A DNA stretch of 64,000 bases. It comes from Patescibacteria group bacterium. Lineage in GTDB: Bacteria > Patescibacteriota > UBA1384 > CAJBMM01. Under the pieces are notes generated by a model, which saw only the letters and a program-made list of their open reading frames with translations, did not search any database and was not told the origin of the DNA. The stretch's first letter is position 1, and the number at the start of each line of letters is the position of its first letter. Position numbers and translations under genes: made by a program. Where the stretch lies: positions 430,481 to 494,480 of the forward strand of contig JBAZWC010000001.1 in assembly GCA_041660565.1 (NCBI GenBank), written 5' to 3'. Below are positions 37,232 through 45,960 of this stretch, one piece after another.

Positions 37232-37381
37232 ATGTGTGATTCAGATGGTAACTGTGAAATGTGCCGTGGAGCTTGCGCTTGCCCGGGTAAAACTGTCAAG
37301 GAAGAGTGCAAGTGCGAAATGGTTTGCAAATGCAATGAGTGCAAAGAAGAGGACAGCCTAGAGGGTCAATCCGAAGAATAA
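37232..37381 (+). CDS. Cys-rich 49-aa protein, metallothionein-like (below the ORF-track cutoff)
   Basis: MCDSDGNCEMCRGACACPGKTVKEECKCEMVCKCNECKEEDSLEGQSEE has 12 Cys in the first 38 aa. RBS gaaaggag sits 8 nt upstream. A terminator hairpin follows. Confidence 0.5.
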   Translation: MCDSDGNCEMCRGACACPGKTVKEECKCEMVCKCNECKEEDSLEGQSEE

Positions 37382-37546
37382 AATCGATATTTACTAAAAA
37401 CAGAGGGCGGATATGAAATATATTCGGCCTCTGTTTTGTTATTGACAAATATAATTCGGTATGATATAATATAACTATCTACCGTACCTTAACGTAGCTA
37501 TCAGCTGAGCAGGTAAGCTCAAACCAAAAACTAGGGGGATACTCCC

Positions 37547-38284
37547 ATGCTGTACGTCAGTTTGGCGTTGATAATCGCCGCGCTCGCCAGTTGGATCATT
37601 AGGCTGATTTTTGCGAACGCACGCCTACGCCGTAAGTCGGCTTACGACTGGCTAACCGGACTATTGTCTAAGCCAGGTATCATCGAGATTGGACAGAGAA
37701 TCGTTTCAAGTTCGGTTCGATATTCGGAATCAGACCCGCCGGTAGTTGTAATGTTGGCAGACCTGGATGGGTTCAAACGCCTCAACGACAAGTGCGGTCA
37801 CCACGCCGGAGACGAAATGCTGCGCAGCGTCGCTGGCAACGTCTTTGGCCACTTGCGTGAGTCCGACGGTGTCGGGCGCGTGGGCGGTGACGAATTCGTG
37901 CTTGTTGCTCGGGGCGACGCGCTGAGTTTAGCGCAAAAGATCGAGTCGTCCATGAACGCGATTAACACTTGGGGCGCTGGCCGTGGATTCCCCGAGGTCG
38001 GGATGAGCATTGGCATTGCGGTGCTAAACCACGAAAAAGTGGGACTGTTCTGCTTTGCCACCGGCCGCAGCTGGAAAGCGCTGCGCCCACTCGGGGAGAT
38101 CGGGGTGTACCATTCCAAGCACCGGAAGGTGTTTGGAAAGTTTGTGGCTGGGGCGTCTCGGACTAAGCTGTTGGAGAGCCACCTAAACAAAGTCCGAGAG
38201 CTGGCCACACACCCCGTGACTTTTGACGGAATGACTGCGGCGGCGGATGCCGCAATGTACTCCGCTAAGACAGGGGAAAGATGA
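37547..38284 (+). CDS. GGDEF-domain diguanylate cyclase with N-terminal TM helix
   Basis: ADLDGFKRLNDKCGH and RVGGDEFVL motifs. GC-rich. Confidence 0.8.
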   Translation: MLYVSLALIIAALASWIIRLIFANARLRRKSAYDWLTGLLSKPGIIEIGQRIVSSSVRYSESDPPVVVMLADLDGFKRLNDKCGHHAGDEMLRSVAGNVFGHLRESDGVGRVGGDEFVLVARGDALSLAQKIESSMNAINTWGAGRGFPEVGMSIGIAVLNHEKVGLFCFATGRSWKALRPLGEIGVYHSKHRKVFGKFVAGASRTKLLESHLNKVRELATHPVTFDGMTAAADAAMYSAKTGER

Positions 38285-38400
38285 CACACCAGGTCGGTGA
38301 GCGCGAAGCGCTTGCCGGCCTTATTTTTTTTACCATAATTCAAATGCGGGTTAGTATATTCTGTCACTCTGGGCAAGACCTAAGAGTCCAGCCGTTCTTT

Positions 38401-38433
38401 CATATAGATTCCGGATCTGTGTCCGGAATGACA
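38401..38433. repeat. GTCATTCC hairpin repeat (reverse orientation)
   Basis: catatagATTCCGGAtctgtgTCCGGAATgacaag. Confidence 0.6.
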
Positions 38434-38612
38434 AGAGATAATTCTCGGCTACGCCTCGAACAAGAAAGTCAATCCTCCATCTTCCATTCTCCACCCTCCG
38501 AATTGTTTGACAGAATCTGTAAAAAAAAGTATGCTGTAAGCAGGATGGACGAAGTAGTAACTCAAATAAATCCATCCGATTAAAGAAAGTTTTGCAATGA
38601 AAGGATGTACTC

Positions 38613-40133
38613 ATGTCAGCTGTTATAATAGCTGCCCTGTCTGGGGTAGCCGGACTTGTGATTGGAATTATCGTTATTCGAACCTTAACTGCACGCCAAT
38701 TAGAGCAGTATAAAAATAAGGCGCAAAAAACCGCCGATGAACTCGAAAATAAGCACAAGGATATCATCTTTCAAGCTAAAGATGAGGCCTTAAAAATTAA
38801 AGATGATGCCAAAAAAGAAGAAGAGCATCGCTTAAAAGAAGTTAAGGAATTAGAGCAAAATGTGCGCCGCCGCGAAGAAGCAATAGAGACGCGCGTTTTA
38901 GAGATAGACAAAGAGCGTAAATTGGTGCAGCAATCAACCGCCGAAGTATCCGAAATGAAAGATAAATTACGCGAAATTCGCACTCAGCAAGAGCAATCGT
39001 TAGAGCGAATTTCTAAATTAACTAAAGATGATGCCAAAAAAGTGTTGTTAGAGTTAGTGGAAAAAGAAAACCGAGACGAGCTGGTTCAACGCATTAAACA
39101 GGTTGAGCAAGCCGCCAAAGACGAAGCCGAATCACGCGCCCGTAAGATTGTAGCTACCACCATTTCACGCATCTCTTCGGATATGACCGCCGAACAAACT
39201 GTTTCGGCCATTACTATTCCAAACGAAGAAATGAAGGGGCGAATTATTGGCAAAGAAGGCCGCAACATTCAGGTTTTTGAAAAAGAAACCGGAGTGGATG
39301 TAATTATCGACGATACTCCCGACAGCGTCATTTTATCGTCATTTGATCCGGTACGCCGTCAAATTGCCCGTGTGGCGCTAGAAAAATTGATCCAAGATGG
39401 CCGCATCCATCCTACCCGCATTGAAGAGTTGGTTAAAAAAGCCACCGACGAAGTTGGCGAAGAAGTTAAAAAAGCCGGTGAAGACGCCGCTTATGAGGCC
39501 GGAGTATCTGGATTGCCGGTTGAATTATTAAAGATTTTTGGCCGATTAAAGTTTCGTACCAGTTACGGCCAAAATATGTTGCGTCATGCCATTGAAGTGT
39601 CGCACATTGCGGGCGTTTTAGCCGCAGAAATTGGCGCTAACGTAGATATTTCTAAAAAAGCTGCTTTACTGCATGATATTGGAAAAACAGTGTCGCAAGA
39701 GGTTTCGGGTAGCCACGCATTAATTTCGGGTGATATTATGCGTAAATATGGCATTCCAGAAGACGTTGTACACGCCGCAGAGGCCCATCATGAGGATGTG
39801 GAGATCAAATCTACCGAAGCGTTCGTGGTGCAGGCTGCAGACGCCATATCGGGCGCCAGACCGGGTGCCAGACGTGAAAGCTTAGATCAGTATATCAAAC
39901 GCTTGACCGAGCTTGAAAACATTGCCAATTCATTCAAAGGTGTGGAAAAATCGTTTGCTATTCAGGCCGGGCGTGAAGTGCGAATTATCGTTAATCCTTC
40001 GGACATCGATGATTTAGCAATGCATAAGCTAGCCAAAGACGTGGCCAACAAGGTTTCCGCCACTATGCAGTTCCCGGGTCAAATTAAGGTCAACGTTATC
40101 CGCGAAATGCGATCAGTTGAATACGCCAAATAA
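38613..40133 (+). CDS. rny: ribonuclease Y
   Basis: N-terminal TM, coiled coil, KH domain (GRIIGKEGRNIQ), HD domain (LLHDIGK). Confidence 0.9.
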   Translation: MSAVIIAALSGVAGLVIGIIVIRTLTARQLEQYKNKAQKTADELENKHKDIIFQAKDEALKIKDDAKKEEEHRLKEVKELEQNVRRREEAIETRVLEIDKERKLVQQSTAEVSEMKDKLREIRTQQEQSLERISKLTKDDAKKVLLELVEKENRDELVQRIKQVEQAAKDEAESRARKIVATTISRISSDMTAEQTVSAITIPNEEMKGRIIGKEGRNIQVFEKETGVDVIIDDTPDSVILSSFDPVRRQIARVALEKLIQDGRIHPTRIEELVKKATDEVGEEVKKAGEDAAYEAGVSGLPVELLKIFGRLKFRTSYGQNMLRHAIEVSHIAGVLAAEIGANVDISKKAALLHDIGKTVSQEVSGSHALISGDIMRKYGIPEDVVHAAEAHHEDVEIKSTEAFVVQAADAISGARPGARRESLDQYIKRLTELENIANSFKGVEKSFAIQAGREVRIIVNPSDIDDLAMHKLAKDVANKVSATMQFPGQIKVNVIREMRSVEYAK

Positions 40134-40158
40134 AATTACATTTTAGAATTTTTAAAAT

Positions 40159-40566
40159 ATGAAACGCTTCAAAAAAATATTTAAACTAGGATTGTCAGTT
40201 GTCGTTTATCCTCTAATTAGCCTGGCGATTGTTTACGGGTTATTTATGTTGATGGACAAAAACATCAACCGCGTTGCGTTTGAAACACTGGCGGTTTTTG
40301 CCCTGGCACTACCAGGAGTCACGCTGGCATTAGGAATATATCATTTAACAAGCAAGCATCGGCTGATTATGTCCGTTATCGCTTCGGCACTGTCGGCCTT
40401 AATCTGGGTAATTGTGGCTTACTTAATGCGTAGCAACGGTTTATTCGATCCGCTCACCCCCACTAACGCGTTCTGGCTCTGGCTGGTTTACGCCCCCTAC
40501 ATTTTCAGTTTATTGGTAATTATTGAAATGGTCCGCTTGGCATTCCGACTTAAACGGAAGGATTAA
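40159..40566 (+). CDS. hypothetical membrane protein (four TM)
   Basis: 135-aa hydrophobic ORF between rny and ymdB. Confidence 0.45.
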   Translation: MKRFKKIFKLGLSVVVYPLISLAIVYGLFMLMDKNINRVAFETLAVFALALPGVTLALGIYHLTSKHRLIMSVIASALSALIWVIVAYLMRSNGLFDPLTPTNAFWLWLVYAPYIFSLLVIIEMVRLAFRLKRKD

Positions 40567-40571
40567 TCCCT

Positions 40572-40608
40572 TGTCATTCCGGGCTAGACCCGGAATCTAT
40601 ATAAAAAA
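40572..40608. repeat. GTCATTCC hairpin repeat (near-identical to 1917-1950)
   Basis: ttgtcATTCCGGGctagaCCCGGAATctatataaaaaaag. Confidence 0.7.
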
Positions 40609-40620
40609 AGAAGGTTAAAT

Positions 40621-41391
40621 ATGAATATTCTCTTTATCGGTGATATTTCGGGCAGGCTCGGGCGCCGAGCAGTAACCGAGGTTTTACCGGAAATAATCAA
40701 GAAACATAAGGTAGATTTAGTTATCGCCAACATTGAAAACGCATCGAGTGGTGATGGCGTCAGTGTGAAAGCGTATGATGAATTACGCGCTTTGCCAATC
40801 GATATTTTTACCTCTGGCAATCATATCTGGCAAAAAAGAGAAATCTATCCGACATTAGAAGATAAAAACGAACTAATTTTACGCCCAATAAACTATCCCG
40901 ACGGCACCATCGGACGCGGAGTTTGGACAAAAGAAATTGGCACTACCAAAGTGGCAGTGGTAAATGTGATCGGCCGCATTTTTATGAAAGAGGGCATAGA
41001 TGATCCGTTTAGAGCAACCGAAAAAGTGCTGAGTGAGTTAAAAAACCATGTAGTGATTGTCGATTTTCACGCCGAAGCAACATCCGAAAAACGGGCGTTT
41101 GGATTCTTTCTGGATGGCAAAGTGGCCGCCGTTTTAGGCACTCACACTCACGTACCAACCGCCGATGAGCAAATTTTGCCCGAAGGCACCGCTTATATTT
41201 CTGATGTTGGATTTGTGGGAGCTCATCAATCCGTACTTGGAGTTGATAAAGATATTATTGTCCATAATTTTATGGTCAAGCCAAATGAGATTTACGAGAT
41301 GGGTAAAGGCGAGGCCGAATTTAACGCTGTTCTAATCGAGACCAACGGCCTCAAAGCCAAGTCAATATCTCGTATTCGCGAAATGGTTTAA
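40621..41391 (+). CDS. ymdB: YmdB-family 2',3'-cyclic-nucleotide phosphodiesterase (metallophosphoesterase)
   Basis: MNILFIGDISG..GNHIW..motifs. The rny-ymdB arrangement is the canonical one. Confidence 0.8.
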   Translation: MNILFIGDISGRLGRRAVTEVLPEIIKKHKVDLVIANIENASSGDGVSVKAYDELRALPIDIFTSGNHIWQKREIYPTLEDKNELILRPINYPDGTIGRGVWTKEIGTTKVAVVNVIGRIFMKEGIDDPFRATEKVLSELKNHVVIVDFHAEATSEKRAFGFFLDGKVAAVLGTHTHVPTADEQILPEGTAYISDVGFVGAHQSVLGVDKDIIVHNFMVKPNEIYEMGKGEAEFNAVLIETNGLKAKSISRIREMV

Positions 41392-41439
41392 ATTAGGTGA
41401 TTAGGTTATTAGGGGTTTGTCCGTCACTTTGATCAGAAC

Positions 41440-41853
41440 CTATTTAATCTTTCTTAAATCACCGTCTATAACAATGGGCTTCATCGCCTCGATCTCGGTT
41501 TTGTAGTACTTATTCTCTGGAATTGGATTAAGTAAGAATATCTTTTGATTTAAAACGTGGGCAAAACCTATTTCCAAGAAGGTGTTGCCGCCAATATAAT
41601 TTTTCTCGCCATATTTATCAAAATTTGCCGCCAGAACCGCATCAGCCCCTTGCATCTGACTCCAAAATTTCCTAATAGCGTCCATATTATTTTTTTGGTG
41701 CAATTTTATAACTTCTTTTTCATCATCGGATTTGCCAATCATAGATTGCGCCAAAGTTGTAACAAATGCCTCGTTGCCTAGACTTATTAGCTCATCTCTG
41801 AGCACGATCATTTTTTCAGTATGCTGCATACTTCCGACAACACCAATTTTCAT
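41440..41853 (-). CDS. hypothetical protein (Rossmann-like; possibly nucleoside 2-deoxyribosyltransferase-like)
   Basis: ORF only. The functional suggestion rests on a weak motif resemblance. Confidence 0.3.
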   Translation of the reverse strand: MKIGVVGSMQHTEKMIVLRDELISLGNEAFVTTLAQSMIGKSDDEKEVIKLHQKNNMDAIRKFWSQMQGADAVLAANFDKYGEKNYIGGNTFLEIGFAHVLNQKIFLLNPIPENKYYKTEIEAMKPIVIDGDLRKIK

Positions 41854-41870
41854 ACAATCCTTTCAAACAC

Positions 41871-42242
41871 TCAGTTTCGGTGAAATAGGCGGCTGAACCA
41901 AGAACTATTTGTTCTAGTTGGCTCGGTTGCCATCGCAGCTTCCTGATTTCCCGGTTTTAGTGATTCGGTGGGTGTGTCTTTGTACGAATTTACGTCCAAC
42001 GGGTTTTTATTTGGATTAAATGGGACAGGGGGATTATCTTTTGCGTTTAAATTTCCAGATGATTGTGGCACAACCGACGCACTTTCGGCTGACCCTTGTC
42101 CCCAATGGTCCTTTTCGGATTGTGGTACCGGTTGAGGTATAAACTGCGGAGTTGTTGGCTCTGCTACCGGCGGTTCGTTTCCGCGTTCCCACGGATTGAC
42201 ATGCTTCGCTTCGATTTGGACGTCCTCTTCTCCGGGTGTCAT
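41871..42242 (-). CDS. hypothetical Pro-rich protein
   Basis: The ORF as given overlaps a tRNA, so I trimmed it to the internal Met MTPGEED. Confidence 0.3.
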   Translation of the reverse strand: MTPGEEDVQIEAKHVNPWERGNEPPVAEPTTPQFIPQPVPQSEKDHWGQGSAESASVVPQSSGNLNAKDNPPVPFNPNKNPLDVNSYKDTPTESLKPGNQEAAMATEPTRTNSSWFSRLFHRN

Positions 42243-42281
42243 AGTTTCTGGCACATTCCCTCCAAATTTTTTTGATTTGAT

Positions 42282-42357
42282 TGGTACCCTTGGTAGGAGT
42301 TGCACCTACGACCTTTCCCTTAGGACGGGACTGCTCTATCTACTGAGCTACAAGGGC
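42282..42357 (-). tRNA. tRNA-Arg (anticodon CCT)
   Basis: The reverse complement reads GCCCTTGTAGCTCAGTAGATAGAGCAGTCCCgtcctaaGGGAAAGGTCGTAGGTGCAACTCCTACCAAGGGTACCA. Confidence 0.75.
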
Positions 42358-42454
42358 GAATGATTTGTCATCCATGGTCCTAGTGGCAGAGATGGCTGTG
42401 CCATCCGTAGCTTTCTTGACCTTCCGAAGCTTTAGCGTAGGAGGTAGCGAAGGA

Positions 42455-42531
42455 TGGTCGGAGTGCTGGGATTTGAACCCAGGACCTCATCGTCCCGAAC
42501 GATGCGCGCTACCGAGCTGCGCTACACTCCG
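42455..42531 (-). tRNA. tRNA-Pro (anticodon CGG)
   Basis: The reverse complement reads CGGAGTGTAGCGCAGCTCGGTAGCGCGCATCGttcgggaCGATGAGGTCCTGGGTTCAAATCCCAGCACTCCGACCA. Its 3' flank shares tccttcgc..and the palindrome GGATGGCACAGCCATCC with the tRNA-Pro(TGG) flank. Confidence 0.8.
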
Positions 42532-42662
42532 ATTATCAAATTATAACACGTTTTCGATCGTTTTCATATCAGAAAACCCTCTCCTCACGAGGAGAAGAAT
42601 AACCTAAGTAAATGAGAAGCGCCTCCCAACTAGTGTCGGGAGGCGCGCATGGAAACGTCGCG

Positions 42663-44030
42663 TTACTGCGACGCAAGGACCATGGTCTTCTTGACGGCCA
42701 CCGTTGCGGCGGTGATCGTCACCGGTTCGGCCACAGAGATCGTCTTGACGTTCAACTTGGCCCAGGCGGACTTGGTGCCGGCTGGGATTGTAACCGTGTA
42801 CGGCACAATCACGCCTGCCGAGGAACTGCTGAGGGTGATTACGATGCCCTCCGCCGGAGCCACCGTGTCTACACTAACCAGCACGGATGGAGTTGTCCCC
42901 GCCTTGACCACCGGTGGCAACGAGGCCAATCCGGTGATGCGGATGGGGGTAAGAACAAACGGTCGGAAGGAGTTGCTAATGGTGGCGTCTAGGAAACCAT
43001 TGGCGGCAATCCGTCCGTCCTCGCTGATACCCTTCCCAGCACAGATCAACACTGCGCTCTTAGGAATAAGATCATTGAGGTTGTACGCCTCGCCGTTTGC
43101 CCACAACATACCGGTGTCCGTGGGGGAATAGAACCTGGCGCCAACGATCAGATCATCGTTGTTGATAGCGAAGGGCCAACCCGGACCCAATACAAGATGA
43201 GCTGGAAGATCGTGCACCCCAGCTTCGTCCCAAAATGCGGGACCAAGACTGGTACGACCAACCACATGCCCACGGTCGTTTAGCGCTTCGCCGTGACACC
43301 GCTCATCCGGGGCGTGCCCGGGCAATCGTACCCAGCTGCCATTGGTGCTATCTGGGCCAGACGGGGTCCACACCGCATCGAACGTGACCCAGTTGGTCCA
43401 AAGCGTCCAATACCCGCCTGTTCCGAGCACTTGGCCTACAGCGTTGATCTGCTTCGCTGAGCTTGTATGTTCGCCGATATTCGAGTGAATGTTGAACGGT
43501 TGCCCGTCCTTCCTCCAGATGGTCGCAACAGTGTTGGGTGGAGTACCGTCCGGGGTATGATAGATGACAGACTCCCCGACGATGAACATCCTCGAGTTTA
43601 GGTCATATGCATAGCTACCAGAGATATTTCCTGATAGCACCCCCATCACTTTCTGTACAGTCCCGTCCCATGTGGAAGCTTGACTAGGGTAATAGCTGTA
43701 GCCGGCAATGACGCCCGCATCATTCACCCCTCTTCCGGATGAATAATGAATCGGGGATGTAGCATCAAGCACCCCCCTTCTCCAGACCAACAGCTTGTTG
43801 TTGTAGCTTTGGTTCCAGTACCCAACGATGGTATCTCCACTGGGGCTCATCCCAGTGATACTGTAAAACGGGCTACTATAGATTGGGTTGACATATGGAG
43901 TGGGCAACACCTTGGCGGTGTAGCTAACCCCAACTACCGGAGGAGTAGAAGCGTGTGCCGCAATGGCCAAAGCGGCAACGACAACGATGCCAACCACAAC
44001 CGAAACGAACCGAGAAAGCTTGCCGCTCAT
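42663..44030 (-). CDS. secreted HAF-family extracellular-repeat protein (GC-rich)
   Basis: Signal peptide from MSGKLSRF (ATG at 44030, RBS aaagga). Repeated G..NDxG.VxG motifs (GVNDAGVIAGYSY, INAVGQVLGTGG, ALNDRGHVVGRTS). About 60% GC. Confidence 0.6.
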   Translation of the reverse strand: MSGKLSRFVSVVVGIVVVAALAIAAHASTPPVVGVSYTAKVLPTPYVNPIYSSPFYSITGMSPSGDTIVGYWNQSYNNKLLVWRRGVLDATSPIHYSSGRGVNDAGVIAGYSYYPSQASTWDGTVQKVMGVLSGNISGSYAYDLNSRMFIVGESVIYHTPDGTPPNTVATIWRKDGQPFNIHSNIGEHTSSAKQINAVGQVLGTGGYWTLWTNWVTFDAVWTPSGPDSTNGSWVRLPGHAPDERCHGEALNDRGHVVGRTSLGPAFWDEAGVHDLPAHLVLGPGWPFAINNDDLIVGARFYSPTDTGMLWANGEAYNLNDLIPKSAVLICAGKGISEDGRIAANGFLDATISNSFRPFVLTPIRITGLASLPPVVKAGTTPSVLVSVDTVAPAEGIVITLSSSSAGVIVPYTVTIPAGTKSAWAKLNVKTISVAEPVTITAATVAVKKTMVLASQ

Positions 44031-44308
44031 CGTACTCGTCCTTTCTGTAGCACTAGCAGAGACGTGTTTCGACAGCCAAAACGCAAACTTGCGCGGGCGG
44101 GGTGCCCGCAGCACTTCTACATCGTGTTTTGACCCTTTCGATAGCGCGTAGTGTGGGTGTCCACAGGAAAAACGTACGCGCGAATAGTAGAACGGCATCC
44201 CCCGTAGTCGATTGTTAACGTTCGACCCGAGTATTTGCCTGATTATACCACATTTTGTCAAATGTATCTAGTTTGTAATTTATTTGCAAACCAACTACAT
44301 TTATTTCT

Positions 44309-44971
44309 ATGACAGAATATATTATTGTGCGGGCAAAACGCCGTAGTGTGCAAATCAAAATTGATCACGATGGTAAAGTGATAGTGCGGGCGCCGTTTTG
44401 GGTTTCCTTACGTCAAATTGATCAATTTGTGCATCAAAACGAGGCGTGGATTGCTAAAAGACTCGATGTACACCAACAGCAACCACACCGCCAATCGCAT
44501 CATTTTAATGATGGCGATATGTTTTGGTATTTGGGAAAAGAATATCCACTAAAGATTTCAGGTGAGATCAGTGGCAAGGTGAGATTTGAGAATGCGCTAA
44601 TTATTCCCAATACCAAACCGGAACTAGCTAGAACAATGATACTGAAATGGTACAAAAACGAGGCAGACATGTTTTTACGACAGCGGCTAGATCAATTTGC
44701 TACCTTAATGGATATTAAATATCATGCAGTCAAAATTACCTCAGCAACTAGCCGCTGGGGATCGTGCAATCACCTTAACTCAATTAGCCTGAATTGGAAG
44801 CTAATTCAAGTTCCAAAAGACGTTATTGATTACGTGGTGGTGCACGAGCTGGCGCACATTTTACAACATAACCATAGTAAACTGTTTTGGGCTGAGGTTG
44901 AAAAAGTACTACCCGATTATAAAATCAGGCGTAAATGGCTGAAAGACCACGGCTTTCTGTTGCAATTTTAA
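44309..44971 (+). CDS. DUF45/YgjP-like zinc metallopeptidase (M48-related HExxH)
   Basis: VVHELAHILQHNHS motif with a YgjP-like N-terminal region. Confidence 0.6.
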   Translation: MTEYIIVRAKRRSVQIKIDHDGKVIVRAPFWVSLRQIDQFVHQNEAWIAKRLDVHQQQPHRQSHHFNDGDMFWYLGKEYPLKISGEISGKVRFENALIIPNTKPELARTMILKWYKNEADMFLRQRLDQFATLMDIKYHAVKITSATSRWGSCNHLNSISLNWKLIQVPKDVIDYVVVHELAHILQHNHSKLFWAEVEKVLPDYKIRRKWLKDHGFLLQF

Positions 44972-44979
44972 CTCATCTA

Positions 44980-45009
44980 TTGACATTAAGATTCAGTTGG
45001 AGTATATAT
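44980..45009 (+). promoter_or_regulatory. sigma70 promoter TTGACA-18-TATATA
   Basis: ttgacattaagattcagttggagtatatata. Confidence 0.6.
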
Positions 45010-45015
45010 ATTAAT

Positions 45016-45432
45016 GTCAGGCCGAGAAAGTCCTGCGTCTCGCTGATCAGCGAGAAAGCAGGCCTTTCAAGCGACTAGCTAGATGGCGACCGAGTCCCAT
45101 CTAAGCCTGGCGCCACCAGTGGGTACCGCACCGAATTGCAAGTAGGGCAGTGCCCCAAAAACCAAATAAAGACAACCGAATATTGCCGATGGCGGCAGGG
45201 CAAGAAGTGTTCGGGAGTCGCGGAGGATCCTGCGGATTGCTCTGGTGAGCATGCACATGGAAGTCAATGGCGGGGACGTGCGTACGCCTTGCACTTCACC
45301 ATTAACGATCCCAAAGCGAGGATCAGCAGCCACCCGAGTACCCCTAAGGATCTCAGCCTTACCCGAACCAGGGGGTCGGCGCATTCGCGCCGGCCCCTCC
45401 CTATTTTTTTCAACCCTTGTGGTTGTTTTTTT
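45016..45432 (+). ncRNA. candidate GC-rich non-coding transcript, unit A (about 0.4 kb)
   Basis: About 60% GC and ORF-poor. Double terminator: GGTCGGCGCattcGCGCCGGCC plus T8, then CAACCcttgtGGTTG plus T7. Confidence 0.4.
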
Positions 45433-45459
45433 ATCTATAATTCAAGCAGTAATTCACTA

Positions 45460-45489
45460 TTGACATAAGTTTGTTACAAGAGTATATTC
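45460..45489 (+). promoter_or_regulatory. sigma70 promoter TTGACA-18-TATATT
   Basis: ttgacataagtttgttacaagagtatattc. Confidence 0.6.
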
Positions 45490-45495
45490 ATTGAT

Positions 45496-45898
45496 GTTGG
45501 GAGATAGCAGACGCGACGTCGCCATCTTCAATGCAGTTCGCCGGAAACTGCGGCGGTTGTGCGAGAGATTTCTCGCCAATCCAACACTGGTCACAAGGTG
45601 CTCGTGGGAGTTTCAACCAAGTGGCCAGGCTCCGACACAGCCTACGACGATCTGGGGGTCTGCATGGAGGTAACTCCACCGAAGAGAGTCGTATGGGATA
45701 TGTAACCGGATTCAAGCTCCAAGCCCATGGATACGGGCCACGCCGCTCTTAAGCGGATACCGAACCTCCGCACGGAGGACCATGGGATACAGCTCATATC
45801 TGTTTACAAACTCCCAAACCGCACACGCCTAACGGGGGCCGGTCGCCAGTTGATCGGCTCCCCCCCATTTTTTTCAACCCAAGTGGTTGTTTTTTTGT
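45496..45898 (+). ncRNA. candidate GC-rich non-coding transcript, unit B (about 0.4 kb)
   Basis: Same architecture as unit A, including the double terminator: GGGGGCCG..CGGCTCCCCC plus T7, then CAACCcaagtGGTTG plus T7. Confidence 0.4.
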
Positions 45899-45960
45899 CT
45901 CTAAATTTGCTAAAAATCGCAATTTATGGTTATGATAAGGTAGAGAACAAAGGGGATAAA

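Noticed and set aside
42031-42305. Start of ORF 41871..42305 overlapping tRNA-Arg(CCT)
   Set aside because: A CDS cannot extend into the tRNA, so I trimmed it to the internal Met. The protein itself remains low confidence.
45727-45960. N-terminal 78-aa extension of the AI-2E transporter ORF
   Set aside because: The extension runs through GC-rich unit B and its double terminator. An ATG at 45961 with RBS aaagggga begins the conserved hydrophobic protein.
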